From a virus: a DNA stretch of 47,960 nucleotides. Shown in pieces: positions 9,149 through 17,584 of the stretch. The first letter of the stretch is position 1. Every line of letters starts with the position of its first letter. Made by a program: the position numbers and the translations under genes. The notes under the pieces are model-generated. The model worked only from the letters and a program-made list of their open reading frames with translations. It had not been told where the DNA came from and made no database searches. Location: the UHGV virus genome UHGV-1380525, one strand, 5' to 3'.

Positions 9149-9358
9149 ATGAAGGCATACTCATCTTTTTCGTGGGAGCAGAAGGAAAAAATATACTCAC
9201 TCGCAAGAGCTGGTGTGTCGGATGAAGCTCTGTGCGAAAGGTACGATGTTGATGAGGCTATCCTTCTGCGCATGTATGATGAAGTGCTGTGTGAGTTGCA
9301 GCGGCGCCGTGGTTACAGTGGCCTGAAGACGATTAACGATTTCTTTCGGAATGTTTAG
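9149..9358 (+). CDS. hypothetical protein, 69 aa
   Basis: ORF track. GAGG RBS. Confidence 0.45.
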   Translation: MKAYSSFSWEQKEKIYSLARAGVSDEALCERYDVDEAILLRMYDEVLCELQRRRGYSGLKTINDFFRNV

Positions 9359-9419
9359 TTAAATAACGATGAGGGTGGTGATTTATGAAGGGTATCGTAT
9401 TTATGATTGAGGTGATGAA

Positions 9420-9908
9420 ATGACAACAATTGCATGGGATGGGGTTACGATTGCGCACGATAGTCAGTCCACTGCCGGGAGTCTGATTATGGCTAACCAG
9501 CAGAAGTCTTTTGTACTTGATGAAAATGATAAGTTTTTTATTTGCGGTGAGCTGGCTGTATTGATTGTTGGTAGTGGTGCTGCTGGCGATGAACGATATG
9601 CGAAGCAGTTCATGCGTCGGGCCGTTGATGACATTATGGAGATGCCAGAAGAGCTGGACTTTACTCAATGGGTATTCACAGACAAAGGGAACTGTTTTGC
9701 CATCCAGAAGATTCCTGATAATAAATATCCGGCGGTTTACGCGGTAATTCCCCCACTTGCCGCTGGTTGCGGGCGAGACTTTGCTATGACCGCAATGTAC
9801 TTGGGGCAGACTGCTGAACAGGCGGTAATTACTGCGTCAGTTCTGGATGCTTTCACTGATTCAAATGTTAAAACATATAAATTTAAACACGGCGAGGGGA
9901 TGAAATGA
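9420..9908 (+). CDS. HslV/proteasome beta-subunit-like Ntn hydrolase, 162 aa
   Basis: MTTIAWDGVTIAHDSQSTAGS parallels the HslV N-terminus (MTTIVSV..GDGQATLG), with Thr directly after the initiator Met. Later glycine-rich segments (SGAAGD, AAGCG) parallel HslV AGGTAD and GSGG. GAGGTGA RBS. Confidence 0.6.
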   Translation: MTTIAWDGVTIAHDSQSTAGSLIMANQQKSFVLDENDKFFICGELAVLIVGSGAAGDERYAKQFMRRAVDDIMEMPEELDFTQWVFTDKGNCFAIQKIPDNKYPAVYAVIPPLAAGCGRDFAMTAMYLGQTAEQAVITASVLDAFTDSNVKTYKFKHGEGMK

Positions 9909-10085
9909 TTATTGAAGGTGAATGTTTTCACGATGTTAAATTGTTCCTAAGCGACAGCGGCGCGCTGCATTGTTCGCAGCAAAATGAGGGACCGGAAGAG
10001 ATGACAAGTTAATCATCGACAAACACCAGGCCGCGCAGCTTATCGAAGTACTGCAACGATGGGTTTATGGTGGGGAGATCGAGTG

Positions 10086-10274
10086 ATGAGCATTTACTTT
10101 ATTCATGCAGAAGCCATTCTCAGAAATGGTTGCGTTGCCGAGAAGGTAGGGAAAGTGGTAGTTGCTACTAATGCGGTTGCTGCACTTGAGGGGTTTTGGA
10201 AAGAAGATGACGTGTCAAAGTTAACTGGCCAAGGCATCAAAGTAGTTATCGACAAATTTGAAAAGGTGGAATGA
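10086..10274 (+). CDS. hypothetical protein, about 62 aa
   Basis: ORF track. Internal ATG with a GGGGAG RBS. Confidence 0.4.
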   Translation: MSIYFIHAEAILRNGCVAEKVGKVVVATNAVAALEGFWKEDDVSKLTGQGIKVVIDKFEKVE

Positions 10275-10477
10275 TGAAGCGATTCCTTTTTGCGTGGTGT
10301 GGCATGTTCGCTATTTTTATGACATGCCTAGCTCTGGCCTTTCCGGTTGCGTGGTTCATCAAGTGGCAGCCACCGATGCTGAGCGATATCATGAACATCG
10401 GCGTTCTGCGAATTACGGTGTTTATGCTGGTTGCGTCTATGGTTGGCGCGCTGTTTCTTAGTAGAATTGGGGAATAG
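10271..10477 (+). CDS. small membrane protein with 2 TM helices, 68 aa
   Basis: Two hydrophobic helices. ATGA overlap. Confidence 0.5.
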   Translation: MMKRFLFAWCGMFAIFMTCLALAFPVAWFIKWQPPMLSDIMNIGVLRITVFMLVASMVGALFLSRIGE

Positions 10478-10585
10478 CTGCCAAACACTTTATAATAAAT
10501 TGCGGATAGGAAGGCCATCCGATAAGTGCGTTAGTCAGCGCATTTCCGCAATCCTCTACTGACTCCTGATGACAAGGTATAAATC

Positions 10586-11068
10586 ATGAATTGGAATGAA
10601 ATATTTTCTTACTCCGATGGAAATCTTATATGGGAGAGGGTTAACAGGAATAGATACAATAAGCCTGGCGATATTGCTGGCAGGCTAAACCCGACAAACG
10701 GTTACTTGTATGTAAAAGTAAATCAGGAGGTGAGATCGGTTCATAGCATCATATGGGAGATGCACAACGGGAAGGTGCCTGACGATATGGAAATTGACCA
10801 CATAAACCACATTAGAACAGATAACCGCATTGAAAATTTAAGGATTGTTTCTCATCAGCAAAACGCTATGAACAGGAGCAAAACATTAAGGAATACATCG
10901 GGCGTTGTTGGCGTATCTTGGTGCAAGATGAAAGGGAAATGGTATGCGCACATAAAGAAAGATGGAGTAATGCATAACCTTGGGAGATACACCAATTTTG
11001 AGGATGCTGTTCTGGCAAGAGCGTCTGCCGAAAAGAGGCTTGGCTTCCATGAGAACCACGGCTCTTGA
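10586..11068 (+). CDS. free-standing HNH homing endonuclease (NUMOD4-like N-terminus, HNH core, AP2-like C-terminus)
   Basis: HSIIWEMHNGKVPDDMEIDHINHIRTDNRIENLR is an HNH motif. C-terminal GVSW..KW.A.I is AP2-like. Paralogue of 29977..30462. Confidence 0.85.
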   Translation: MNWNEIFSYSDGNLIWERVNRNRYNKPGDIAGRLNPTNGYLYVKVNQEVRSVHSIIWEMHNGKVPDDMEIDHINHIRTDNRIENLRIVSHQQNAMNRSKTLRNTSGVVGVSWCKMKGKWYAHIKKDGVMHNLGRYTNFEDAVLARASAEKRLGFHENHGS

Positions 11069-11105
11069 TGATATAATGACCCTTACAGAAATGTGAGGGT
11101 TTTTT

Positions 11106-12551
11106 ATGAGCGATAAAATCGCAGCACTGAATGCATACATTCAGCAAAGAGTAGCAAACAATAGCCGGGTTATAGAACGCCAGAGGCGTGAGTTTGGCGG
11201 CGTAAACATAGACCAAAAGCACACCCGACTGTATGTCGAATGCGGCTACCCCGATGAAATCACCGCCGAGATGTTCCGCTATGCCTATGAGCGCTATGCA
11301 CCGGCAACTGCTGGCGTCAATCGCGTACTCGATAAGTGCTGGCAGACTCCGCCGCAAATCCTCGAAGAAGGCGCCGATGACAAAGCAAGCACCTCGTGGG
11401 AGAAGGCCGCCAATAAGCTGTTTAAGCGTGCTGCGCCATTCATCAAGGATGCTGACCGCAGAAACCTCATTAACCGCTACTCCGGACTCATACTGCAAAT
11501 CCGTGACGGAAAGCAGTGGAATGAGCCGGTAGACACCACGAAAACAAGACGCATCAAGGATGCTGCCATTGTCCGTTACATTCCGGTATGGGAAGAGCAG
11601 CTTCGCGTTAGCGAGTGGGAAAACGACGAAGCCAGTGAGGACTATGGTCAGCCGAAGATGTACGAATATCAGGAGTCGGTAGTCGGCGCCTGCAACAGCG
11701 ACGGCAAACCAACGCGCTCCCTGAGCATTCATCCAGATCGCATTATTGTATTTGCCGAGGGTGCGATGGATGGCTCCATTTACTCTGGCGTCCCACTTCT
11801 TCGTGCCGGGTATAACCACCTCATCGACATGGCGAAAGTCACCGGCTCAAGCGCTGAGGGCTTCCTGAAGAATGCAAGCCGACAACTTAACGTTAATTAT
11901 AATAAAGACAACGTTTCCGCTCAGGCATTGGCACAGCAAATGGGCGTGCCGCTGGAAGAGCTGGCAGACGTCCTCAATGAGGATGTGGCGCGCCTGAATG
12001 AGGCCATTGACGCAGCTATGTTCACGATGGGCGCTGATGTCAAAGTGCTCTCAGTAACACCAGCTGACCCAAGCCCAACGTGGACTATCGCAGCCAACCA
12101 GTTTGCGGCATCCATCAAGAAGCCATTCACCATCCTGTTTGGTCAGCAGACTGGCCGCCTTGCATCCGATGAGGATAAAACCGACGACGCCATGAGCGCC
12201 AAACAGCGCCGTGAGGACTGGCTGGACTACATTATTTCGGTATTCATTGACCGGATGATTTCCTTTGGCATCCTGGATAAGGCGCCAGAGAGCGGCTATT
12301 ACTGCAAATGGGATGACCTGCTTGCACCTTCCGAGCTGAACAAGGCCGACCTGCTGGTCAAACTTGCCGCTGCAAACAAATCCGTATTCGACGCAGGTCA
12401 GATGGCTCTGATGACCGCCGATGAGATGCGTGGCATTGTTGGTATGGAGCCTCTGGAAGAGAAGCTTCCTGAAGGATTGCAGGAAGGTCAGCAGCAGCAA
12501 TCACAGCAAGACCAACAGCAGGGCCAGACTGATGCGCCTCCTCAAAATTAA
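11106..12551 (+). CDS. portal protein, 481 aa
   Basis: Size, position between terminase and head-morphogenesis genes, and a Q-rich acidic C-terminus. Confidence 0.65.
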   Translation: MSDKIAALNAYIQQRVANNSRVIERQRREFGGVNIDQKHTRLYVECGYPDEITAEMFRYAYERYAPATAGVNRVLDKCWQTPPQILEEGADDKASTSWEKAANKLFKRAAPFIKDADRRNLINRYSGLILQIRDGKQWNEPVDTTKTRRIKDAAIVRYIPVWEEQLRVSEWENDEASEDYGQPKMYEYQESVVGACNSDGKPTRSLSIHPDRIIVFAEGAMDGSIYSGVPLLRAGYNHLIDMAKVTGSSAEGFLKNASRQLNVNYNKDNVSAQALAQQMGVPLEELADVLNEDVARLNEAIDAAMFTMGADVKVLSVTPADPSPTWTIAANQFAASIKKPFTILFGQQTGRLASDEDKTDDAMSAKQRREDWLDYIISVFIDRMISFGILDKAPESGYYCKWDDLLAPSELNKADLLVKLAAANKSVFDAGQMALMTADEMRGIVGMEPLEEKLPEGLQEGQQQQSQQDQQQGQTDAPPQN

Positions 12552-13476
12552 TGCCAGGCTTCCGCAGCCAAAATTAAGCATGAGCCTCACAGACCCGCTC
12601 GGAGCAGTGGGTCGCGTCAATAAGATGGTGCGCGATGTTGACGCCAGATATGTGACGTTAAAATCGCAGGTTGCCGAGTTGTTCCGTACTATTCCTGTGG
12701 CGACCGGTAATGCCGAGACTGGAAATTATTATTATGATTTCTCCGCTTACCGCGCATCGACATTCTTTGATGAGCTTCAGCGCATTCTTGATGGTCAGCT
12801 GCTGGAAGGTGATGATTTCACGCATGGAAGATTGTGGGCCTCATCCTACGTCAGCGACGCCATGTATGCCGGTACGCAGAAGGCTAACTCAGACCTTGGC
12901 GACCTGTCGTCGGCATACAAAGACAGCAGACCGCTTGCTGAAATTCTGTACTCTCAGCCGTATCTCGACAGGCTTCAGCTTGCGTACACGCGCACGTATA
13001 ACGATTGGGGTGGCCTTTCAGATTACACGCGACAACAGGTGGCAGAAGTCATCACTGCTGGCATTGCAAATGGCGACGCTCCGGGAGTGGTTGAGCAAAA
13101 CATCGTTAACCGCATGGACGTATCAAGGAGCTATGCACGGTCAATCGCTCAAACTGAAATCACCAACACCCTGCGTGAGGCTAACAGGCGCGAAGTGAAA
13201 GAGGCGCAGGTCACGCTTGGTATGGATACCATCATGCTCTGGCAGTCGGCGCTGATGAAGACCACCCGCGTCACTCATGCCGCGCGTCATGGGAAATATT
13301 ACACCCCGGAAGAGATTGATGAGTTCTACAGTGAGGGCGCAAACCGCAGGAATTGTCACTGCGCTCAGATACCTGCATTGGTGATGGATGGCAAGCCTGT
13401 GATACTTGAGAAGACGCAGGAAAGGCTCGATAAGCAGCGTGAAGCATGGCAGGATACACACAAGAAAGCCGCCTGA
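12532..13476 (+). CDS. head morphogenesis protein, Mu gpF / SPP1 gp7-like
   Basis: C-terminal [18 protein letters not shown] region resembles the Mu-F family. Start is uncertain (12532 or 12580). The ORF track's 12421 start lies inside the portal gene. Confidence 0.55.
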   Translation: MRLLKINARLPQPKLSMSLTDPLGAVGRVNKMVRDVDARYVTLKSQVAELFRTIPVATGNAETGNYYYDFSAYRASTFFDELQRILDGQLLEGDDFTHGRLWASSYVSDAMYAGTQKANSDLGDLSSAYKDSRPLAEILYSQPYLDRLQLAYTRTYNDWGGLSDYTRQQVAEVITAGIANGDAPGVVEQNIVNRMDVSRSYARSIAQTEITNTLREANRREVKEAQVTLGMDTIMLWQSALMKTTRVTHAARHGKYYTPEEIDEFYSEGANRRNCHCAQIPALVMDGKPVILEKTQERLDKQREAWQDTHKKAA

Positions 13477-13486
13477 TGGCGGCTTC
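13464..13486. terminator. weak hairpin/terminator between convergent units
   Basis: agccgcc-tgat-ggcggct stem overlapping the stop codon. T-rich only on the minus side. Confidence 0.35.
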
Positions 13487-13528
13487 TGTCAAATATTACT
13501 TTTCTTGTTGTGAAGGGTGCGCATAGAC

Positions 13529-13654
13529 TCAAGCCATTCTATTTTGTTCATTTAAATAAACCTCTCTAAGTTCACCCATCACGCTCAGCCATGCTGCATG
13601 CTCATCCATGCCGCGCATCACCAGCTTAACGTAGCGATTACGGGCCTTAAACAT
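13529..13654 (-). CDS. hypothetical micro-protein, 41 aa
   Basis: Hand translation of the minus strand downstream of 13669..13959. Confidence 0.3.
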   Translation of the reverse strand: MFKARNRYVKLVMRGMDEHAAWLSVMGELREVYLNEQNRMA

Positions 13655-13668
13655 CAGTAGCGGGCACA

Positions 13669-13959
13669 TTATTTGTCGCCCACCGTTGACAGGCAGACTT
13701 CACGGGCGACAGCGGCCACTTCTTTCGGTGTCTTGTCTGTCATTTTGTATGCCCCATCTACGATAGCCTTGCTGAGTTGGTTAAATTCAGCGCTATACTG
13801 GCCTCCAGAAGAAACCATCAGCGCGAGCTGCTTTGATACGCCAGCATCACGGGCTTCTGCTGCCGCTTCACCGAGCTCACCAACTGCATTGCAAAACTCG
13901 CCAGCCGACGCACCAAATGAAGCCATTGCGAATACTGCTGCTGCGATTAATTTTTTCAT
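13669..13959 (-). CDS. small secreted (periplasmic) protein, 96 aa, with a signal peptide
   Basis: MKKLIAAAVFAMASFGASA signal peptide. AGGAGAG RBS. Own promoter in the divergent module. Confidence 0.55.
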   Translation of the reverse strand: MKKLIAAAVFAMASFGASAGEFCNAVGELGEAAAEARDAGVSKQLALMVSSGGQYSAEFNQLSKAIVDGAYKMTDKTPKEVAAVAREVCLSTVGDK

Positions 13960-14005
13960 TTTTTACTCTCCTGTGTTTGTGTATCTACATCATCGCTTAC
14001 GATTC

Positions 14006-14034
14006 AATCTACGTCAAGACTATTGTGATAAAAT
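14006..14034 (+). promoter_or_regulatory. divergent promoter module. AATCTACGTCAA is TTGACGTAGATT on the minus strand, the -35 for the leftward gene. An extended -10 TGaTAAAAT drives the rightward lysis genes.
   Basis: Read directly. The same module recurs at 2111, 9104, 16795, 25781, 28685 and 30614. Confidence 0.55.
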
Positions 14035-14057
14035 AATCTGCATCACCGGAGGTAAAA

Positions 14058-14492
14058 ATGAAACTATCGCAGCGTGGCATTGATTTAATTAAACAATTCG
14101 AGGGTTACAGCTCGAAGGCATATCCAGACCCAGCCACTGGCGGAGCGCCGTGGACTATCGGTTACGGTACAACCAAAGGCGTTAAGCCAGGCATGGTTAT
14201 CACCGCACAGCAAGCGGAAAAGATGCTGCGTGACGACGTAGCGAAATTTGAAAGCGGCGTCTCATCACTCATCACTGCCCCAACCACTCAAGGTCAGTTT
14301 GATGCAATGGTGTCGCTGGCCTACAACATCGGGCTTGGTAACTTTGGCAAATCAACTCTGCTGAAAAAGCATAATGCCCGCTGCTACACCTGCGCCGCCG
14401 ACCAGTTCCGGGTATGGAATCGCGCCAATGGCAAAGTCATGAACGGACTGACCAAGCGCAGGGCGGCAGAACGTCAGGTCTACATGTCATGA
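14058..14492 (+). CDS. endolysin, GH24 lysozyme (T4 e / P22 gp19 type)
   Basis: IDLIKQFEGYSSKAYPDPATGGAPWTIGYGTT is the catalytic N-terminal signature of phage lysozymes. Confidence 0.9.
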   Translation: MKLSQRGIDLIKQFEGYSSKAYPDPATGGAPWTIGYGTTKGVKPGMVITAQQAEKMLRDDVAKFESGVSSLITAPTTQGQFDAMVSLAYNIGLGNFGKSTLLKKHNARCYTCAADQFRVWNRANGKVMNGLTKRRAAERQVYMS

Positions 14493-14734
14493 AGCGCATC
14501 AGTAACTGGCTTATCGGCATTTGGGCATCATTCTGCTCGCTGATTCAGCTCTGGCCTGACACCATGGTTCATGTGTGGGCTTTCATGCCTGAAGACCTCA
14601 GGTCTGCCATTCCGCCGATTGCGGTAAAGGCGATCAGCTACAGCATCCTTCTTGCCTCGCTGTTTGGAAAAATGCACGGCATGAAGAAAGAGATTAAGGC
14701 GCTGAAAAATGATTCTGCAAATCCTCAAGGCTAA
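14489..14734 (+). CDS. putative holin with 2 TM helices, 81 aa
   Basis: ATGA overlap with the endolysin. Two hydrophobic helices and a charged C-terminus. Lies between the endolysin and the spanins. Confidence 0.5.
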   Translation: MKRISNWLIGIWASFCSLIQLWPDTMVHVWAFMPEDLRSAIPPIAVKAISYSILLASLFGKMHGMKKEIKALKNDSANPQG

Positions 14735-15203
14735 CTGGAAAGTTATTACGGCCATTATCGGCGTCGCACTGCTGGCGCTGATTATCTACGGGAAGTGGGT
14801 CAATTACGGGAAGGAGAAATATAACTCTGGATATCTGGCCGCCGTAGAGGCACAGAAGGTCAAAGACAAAGAGGCAAGCGAACAACATGAGCAAGACAAA
14901 AAGACCATCGAGCAGGAAGCGCAAGGCCGCATTGATGCCGCGCGTGCTGATGCTTCCGCTGCTGCTGTTAAGTCTGGCAGGTTGCAGCAACAGCTCGCCA
15001 CAATCAGAAAGCAGCTCGTCGATTATTCCCGCGCTGAGTCCATTGGCAATCCAACCGCCAGTACCGGAGTTTTGCTCTCCCAACTGCTCAGCGAATCTGT
15101 CGAAAGAAATCGACAACTGGCAGAATATGCTGACTCAGCAAGAGAAGCGGGATTGACGTGCCAGGCACAATACAACTCCCTCCGTAATAAAAAAGCCCCG
15201 TAA
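14709..15203 (+). CDS. i-spanin (Rz-like)
   Basis: N-terminal TM helix, periplasmic coiled coil. Position after the holin. Confidence 0.75.
   Translation: MILQILKANWKVITAIIGVALLALIIYGKWVNYGKEKYNSGYLAAVEAQKVKDKEASEQHEQDKKTIEQEAQGRIDAARADASAAAVKSGRLQQQLATIRKQLVDYSRAESIGNPTASTGVLLSQLLSESVERNRQLAEYADSAREAGLTCQAQYNSLRNKKAP
14935..15156 (+). CDS. o-spanin (Rz1-like lipoprotein), fully embedded in the +1 frame of the i-spanin (alternative start 14887)
   Basis: Lipobox LSLAG|C. Pro/Ser-rich mature region. Confidence 0.7.
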   Translation: MPRVLMLPLLLLSLAGCSNSSPQSESSSSIIPALSPLAIQPPVPEFCSPNCSANLSKEIDNWQNMLTQQEKRD

Positions 15204-15217
15204 AGGGGCTTTGTTTT
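15191..15217. terminator. bidirectional rho-independent terminator
   Basis: gcccc-gtaaa-ggggc hairpin with A-run and T-run flanks, between convergent units. Confidence 0.75.
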
Positions 15218-15380
15218 ACAGGTCATTAAGCCTGTCGACAATCTTGCTTCCTGCGCTCTCAAGGTCTTTATCTTCAAAGCCATCGGCCCACGCCTGCTTG
15301 ATACACTCCATTACCTGATTAAGCTCACCCTCAGTGAACTCAACAACATACTTTTTCTCTTCCATTTTTCTCTCACTCAT
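15216..15380 (-). CDS. hypothetical protein, about 54 aa (MSERKMEEKKYVVEF...)
   Basis: ORF track, with the start trimmed. ATGA-coupled to the upstream micro-ORF. Confidence 0.35.
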   Translation of the reverse strand: MSERKMEEKKYVVEFTEGELNQVMECIKQAWADGFEDKDLESAGSKIVDRLNDL

Positions 15381-15513
15381 ACAGTGGTTTAATTTTATAC
15401 CCAAACATGGCCGCGTTCTGATGCTCAACACTACCAGCAAAAGCCAGATAGCGGCGGCCACGGTTGCTGGTGATGATGTAGGCCTTTGGTACTCTATTCT
15501 GCTTTACCGGCAT
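15373..15513 (-). CDS. hypothetical basic micro-protein, 46 aa
   Basis: GAGGAGG RBS. Hand translation. Confidence 0.35.
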   Translation of the reverse strand: MPVKQNRVPKAYIITSNRGRRYLAFAGSVEHQNAAMFGYKIKPLYE

Positions 15514-15532
15514 TATTTACCAGCCTCCTCTG

Positions 15533-15874
15533 TCACTTTTCCTTGGCGGCAGCGCGAAACAGCGTCGCGGTCAGATAAAATCCACCAAGCCAGAAATAAC
15601 CAAGCGCGAACATTACTGCTATTTCGCAAAATGTCGTCACAACCTGGTATTTATGATGAATCCATAGCGGCTTTTTGTAGCGAGCAACGGATTTATCAAG
15701 CAGGTCTTTGCTTGACAGCAAGCCAACCGATGCAATGATTGACGCAATCGACATGAACCAGAAAAAAGCCACAGCCATATTGTATGCATACACATTCTGC
15801 ATAAACAGGCCGAAGTAAATCAGCGGCCACATCAGGAGGATATCCCATGCGATGTTTTTCAGGAGTCTTTTCAT
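15533..15874 (-). CDS. membrane protein with 3-4 TM helices, 113 aa
   Basis: Hydrophobic helices throughout. Overlaps its neighbours. Confidence 0.55.
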   Translation of the reverse strand: MKRLLKNIAWDILLMWPLIYFGLFMQNVYAYNMAVAFFWFMSIASIIASVGLLSSKDLLDKSVARYKKPLWIHHKYQVVTTFCEIAVMFALGYFWLGGFYLTATLFRAAAKEK

Positions 15875-16098
15875 AGTTTCACCATCGATGCTTTGCTAAC
15901 ACTTTTGTTGATGTGCTGGATGCATTTTATAATCTCCCCAACCTCATCAATGGTGAATACGCTGCCATCATATAAGATGCTGACCCTGTCACCGGTCACT
16001 TCAATAGTCAGGTGCTTGCCTTTTAATCGTGCGGCAAACCCATTGCACTCAAAGTGCCCCGACTCTTGTGCTTCAGTGATTTTGCATTGTGCCATCAC
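15871..16098 (-). CDS. hypothetical protein, 75 aa
   Basis: ORF track. Confidence 0.5.
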   Translation of the reverse strand: MMAQCKITEAQESGHFECNGFAARLKGKHLTIEVTGDRVSILYDGSVFTIDEVGEIIKCIQHINKSVSKASMVKL

Positions 16099-16568
16099 TT
16101 TACCTCCCCATTCAGTTCATTAACAATTAATGTTGCATAGCCAGCAATGTCTTTCCAGCTATCGTCGTATGTCGGGTCGCCATTCAAGATTCTACCGATT
16201 TTATGCTGAATCATGTCGAGCGCCTCCTTCTGGCTCGCCGTCAGGGTATTCCAGCCGTCAACGTCGCGCATGGTGTCTTTCAGTGACTGCATGATATCTG
16301 CGCCATATTTGAATTTGCCATAACGGCTGCCGCGCTCGGTGATGAGGGCTTCTGTGGAGCTGGCGCGCCCATTCAAGTCATCATCAGTTACTGGCTCACG
16401 ATGAGCGATAACAATATCGCCAGACTTTTCGATATCCTTATCTCGCCCTGCATAATCCGCGCTGAGGTAGTGGATTTTGCCACTGGTTGCTGATTTTACA
16501 GCAAGAACGGCATCTTCATGACCATTAAAATAATCAGCACTTCCCTTCAGGTATTTGTATTTCATCAC
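16095..16568 (-). CDS. hypothetical protein, 157 aa
   Basis: ORF track. Confidence 0.55.
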   Translation of the reverse strand: MMKYKYLKGSADYFNGHEDAVLAVKSATSGKIHYLSADYAGRDKDIEKSGDIVIAHREPVTDDDLNGRASSTEALITERGSRYGKFKYGADIMQSLKDTMRDVDGWNTLTASQKEALDMIQHKIGRILNGDPTYDDSWKDIAGYATLIVNELNGEVK

Positions 16569-16765
16569 TCCACCCTCAGCGTAACCTTGTTTTTCTCATC
16601 CACACTGAAGTGTTCGCGCACAAACGCATACATTTCTTCAGTGCTCCATTCCCGCATTGCTACATAGCAGTGCGCGTAATATCTGACATCTCGCAGGCTT
16701 AACGGCTGGCGCTTAGCGATAATTTCAGTCAGTGCTTCCAGTGGTTCTTTGCGTTGTCTCGCCAT
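16565..16765 (-). CDS. hypothetical protein, 66 aa, first gene of the minus-strand cassette
   Basis: CAGGAG RBS. Promoter lies in the 16786-16840 module. Confidence 0.5.
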   Translation of the reverse strand: MARQRKEPLEALTEIIAKRQPLSLRDVRYYAHCYVAMREWSTEEMYAFVREHFSVDEKNKVTLRVE

Positions 16766-16860
16766 TGTCGCTCTCCTGTGAAATCATCTTGACTAATCTA
16801 CGTCAATTAGTCAATACTAGGTGTTGTAGATTGTATCATAGTTGCGAGAGGTGGTGTGGA

Positions 16861-17076
16861 ATGAAGAAGTGGCAGGAGGTGACAGAAGTTCATAAGCGCG
16901 ATTGCCGGGAGACTCTGCAAATGCTTAATGTGCCAGAGTCAATCATTAAATCTATCGAGCAGCGCATTGACCTCGCTGCTATGGAGGCCGCCCATGAAGC
17001 CGAGGAAGCGCAAATGTTGTCATGGATGGACGGAACTCTACCGGGCGTTTTACGTCGTGGTAAGACTACCGATTGA
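16861..17076 (+). CDS. hypothetical protein, 71 aa
   Basis: ATG with an AGAGGTGG RBS. Confidence 0.5.
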   Translation: MKKWQEVTEVHKRDCRETLQMLNVPESIIKSIEQRIDLAAMEAAHEAEEAQMLSWMDGTLPGVLRRGKTTD

Positions 17077-17159
17077 AGATGATGACGGGTATCTGCACAG
17101 CCATAGTCAGGTGCTCAAATATTATGGCGTTCACTACAAAGTGCTGATGGAGAGAAAAA

Positions 17160-17351
17160 ATGAATGCTGATCAGGTGTACGAAAAAGAGTTGCTGAACAA
17201 GCTGGAGGAACTTGACCGTACTCGAGCCTGGGTTGAAAGCGAATTGCGCGAGGTTCGCAACCGCATGCAACGGCAGGTTAACCGCGAAATTATTGAGTGG
17301 CGCGAAGGGCGCCCGCATTTCAGCAATATTGGTGAATGGGTGGCGAAATGA
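17160..17351 (+). CDS. hypothetical coiled-coil protein, 63 aa
   Basis: GGAGAG RBS. Confidence 0.45.
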   Translation: MNADQVYEKELLNKLEELDRTRAWVESELREVRNRMQRQVNREIIEWREGRPHFSNIGEWVAK

Positions 17352-17584
17352 AACCAATGATGAATGATGAGAAATTACTAGAGTGTCCGTTTTGCGGTAG
17401 CGAAAATTCCATGCGGAACAAGGATGGGCAATGGCATTTTGTAGTATGCCAGGATTGCGGCTGCCGTACTGATGACTGGATGGTTGCGGCGACAGCAATC
17501 ATTAAATGGAATACCAGAAATGGCCACCTCTATACCGCTGACGACTACAAGCAAGATGCAATGGAGCGCGCAAATGGACTTTAA
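17348..17584 (+). CDS. Lar-like restriction-alleviation family protein (zinc ribbon)
   Basis: LLECPFCGSEN...VVCQDCGC is the CPFCG motif typical of the Lar family. ATGA overlap. Confidence 0.55.
   Translation: MKPMMNDEKLLECPFCGSENSMRNKDGQWHFVVCQDCGCRTDDWMVAATAIIKWNTRNGHLYTADDYKQDAMERANGL

Noticed and set aside
9385-9423. 12-codon uORF (MKGIVFMIEVMK) overlapping the HslV-like start
   Set aside because: It has a good SD, but it is too short to assess and is probably only a translational-coupling leader. It is mentioned under the HslV finding instead.
12421-12531. Upstream extension of the head-morphogenesis ORF that the ORF track starts at 12421
   Set aside because: The extension lies entirely inside the 3' end of the portal gene. 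Internal ATGs at 12532 and 12580 are the likelier starts.
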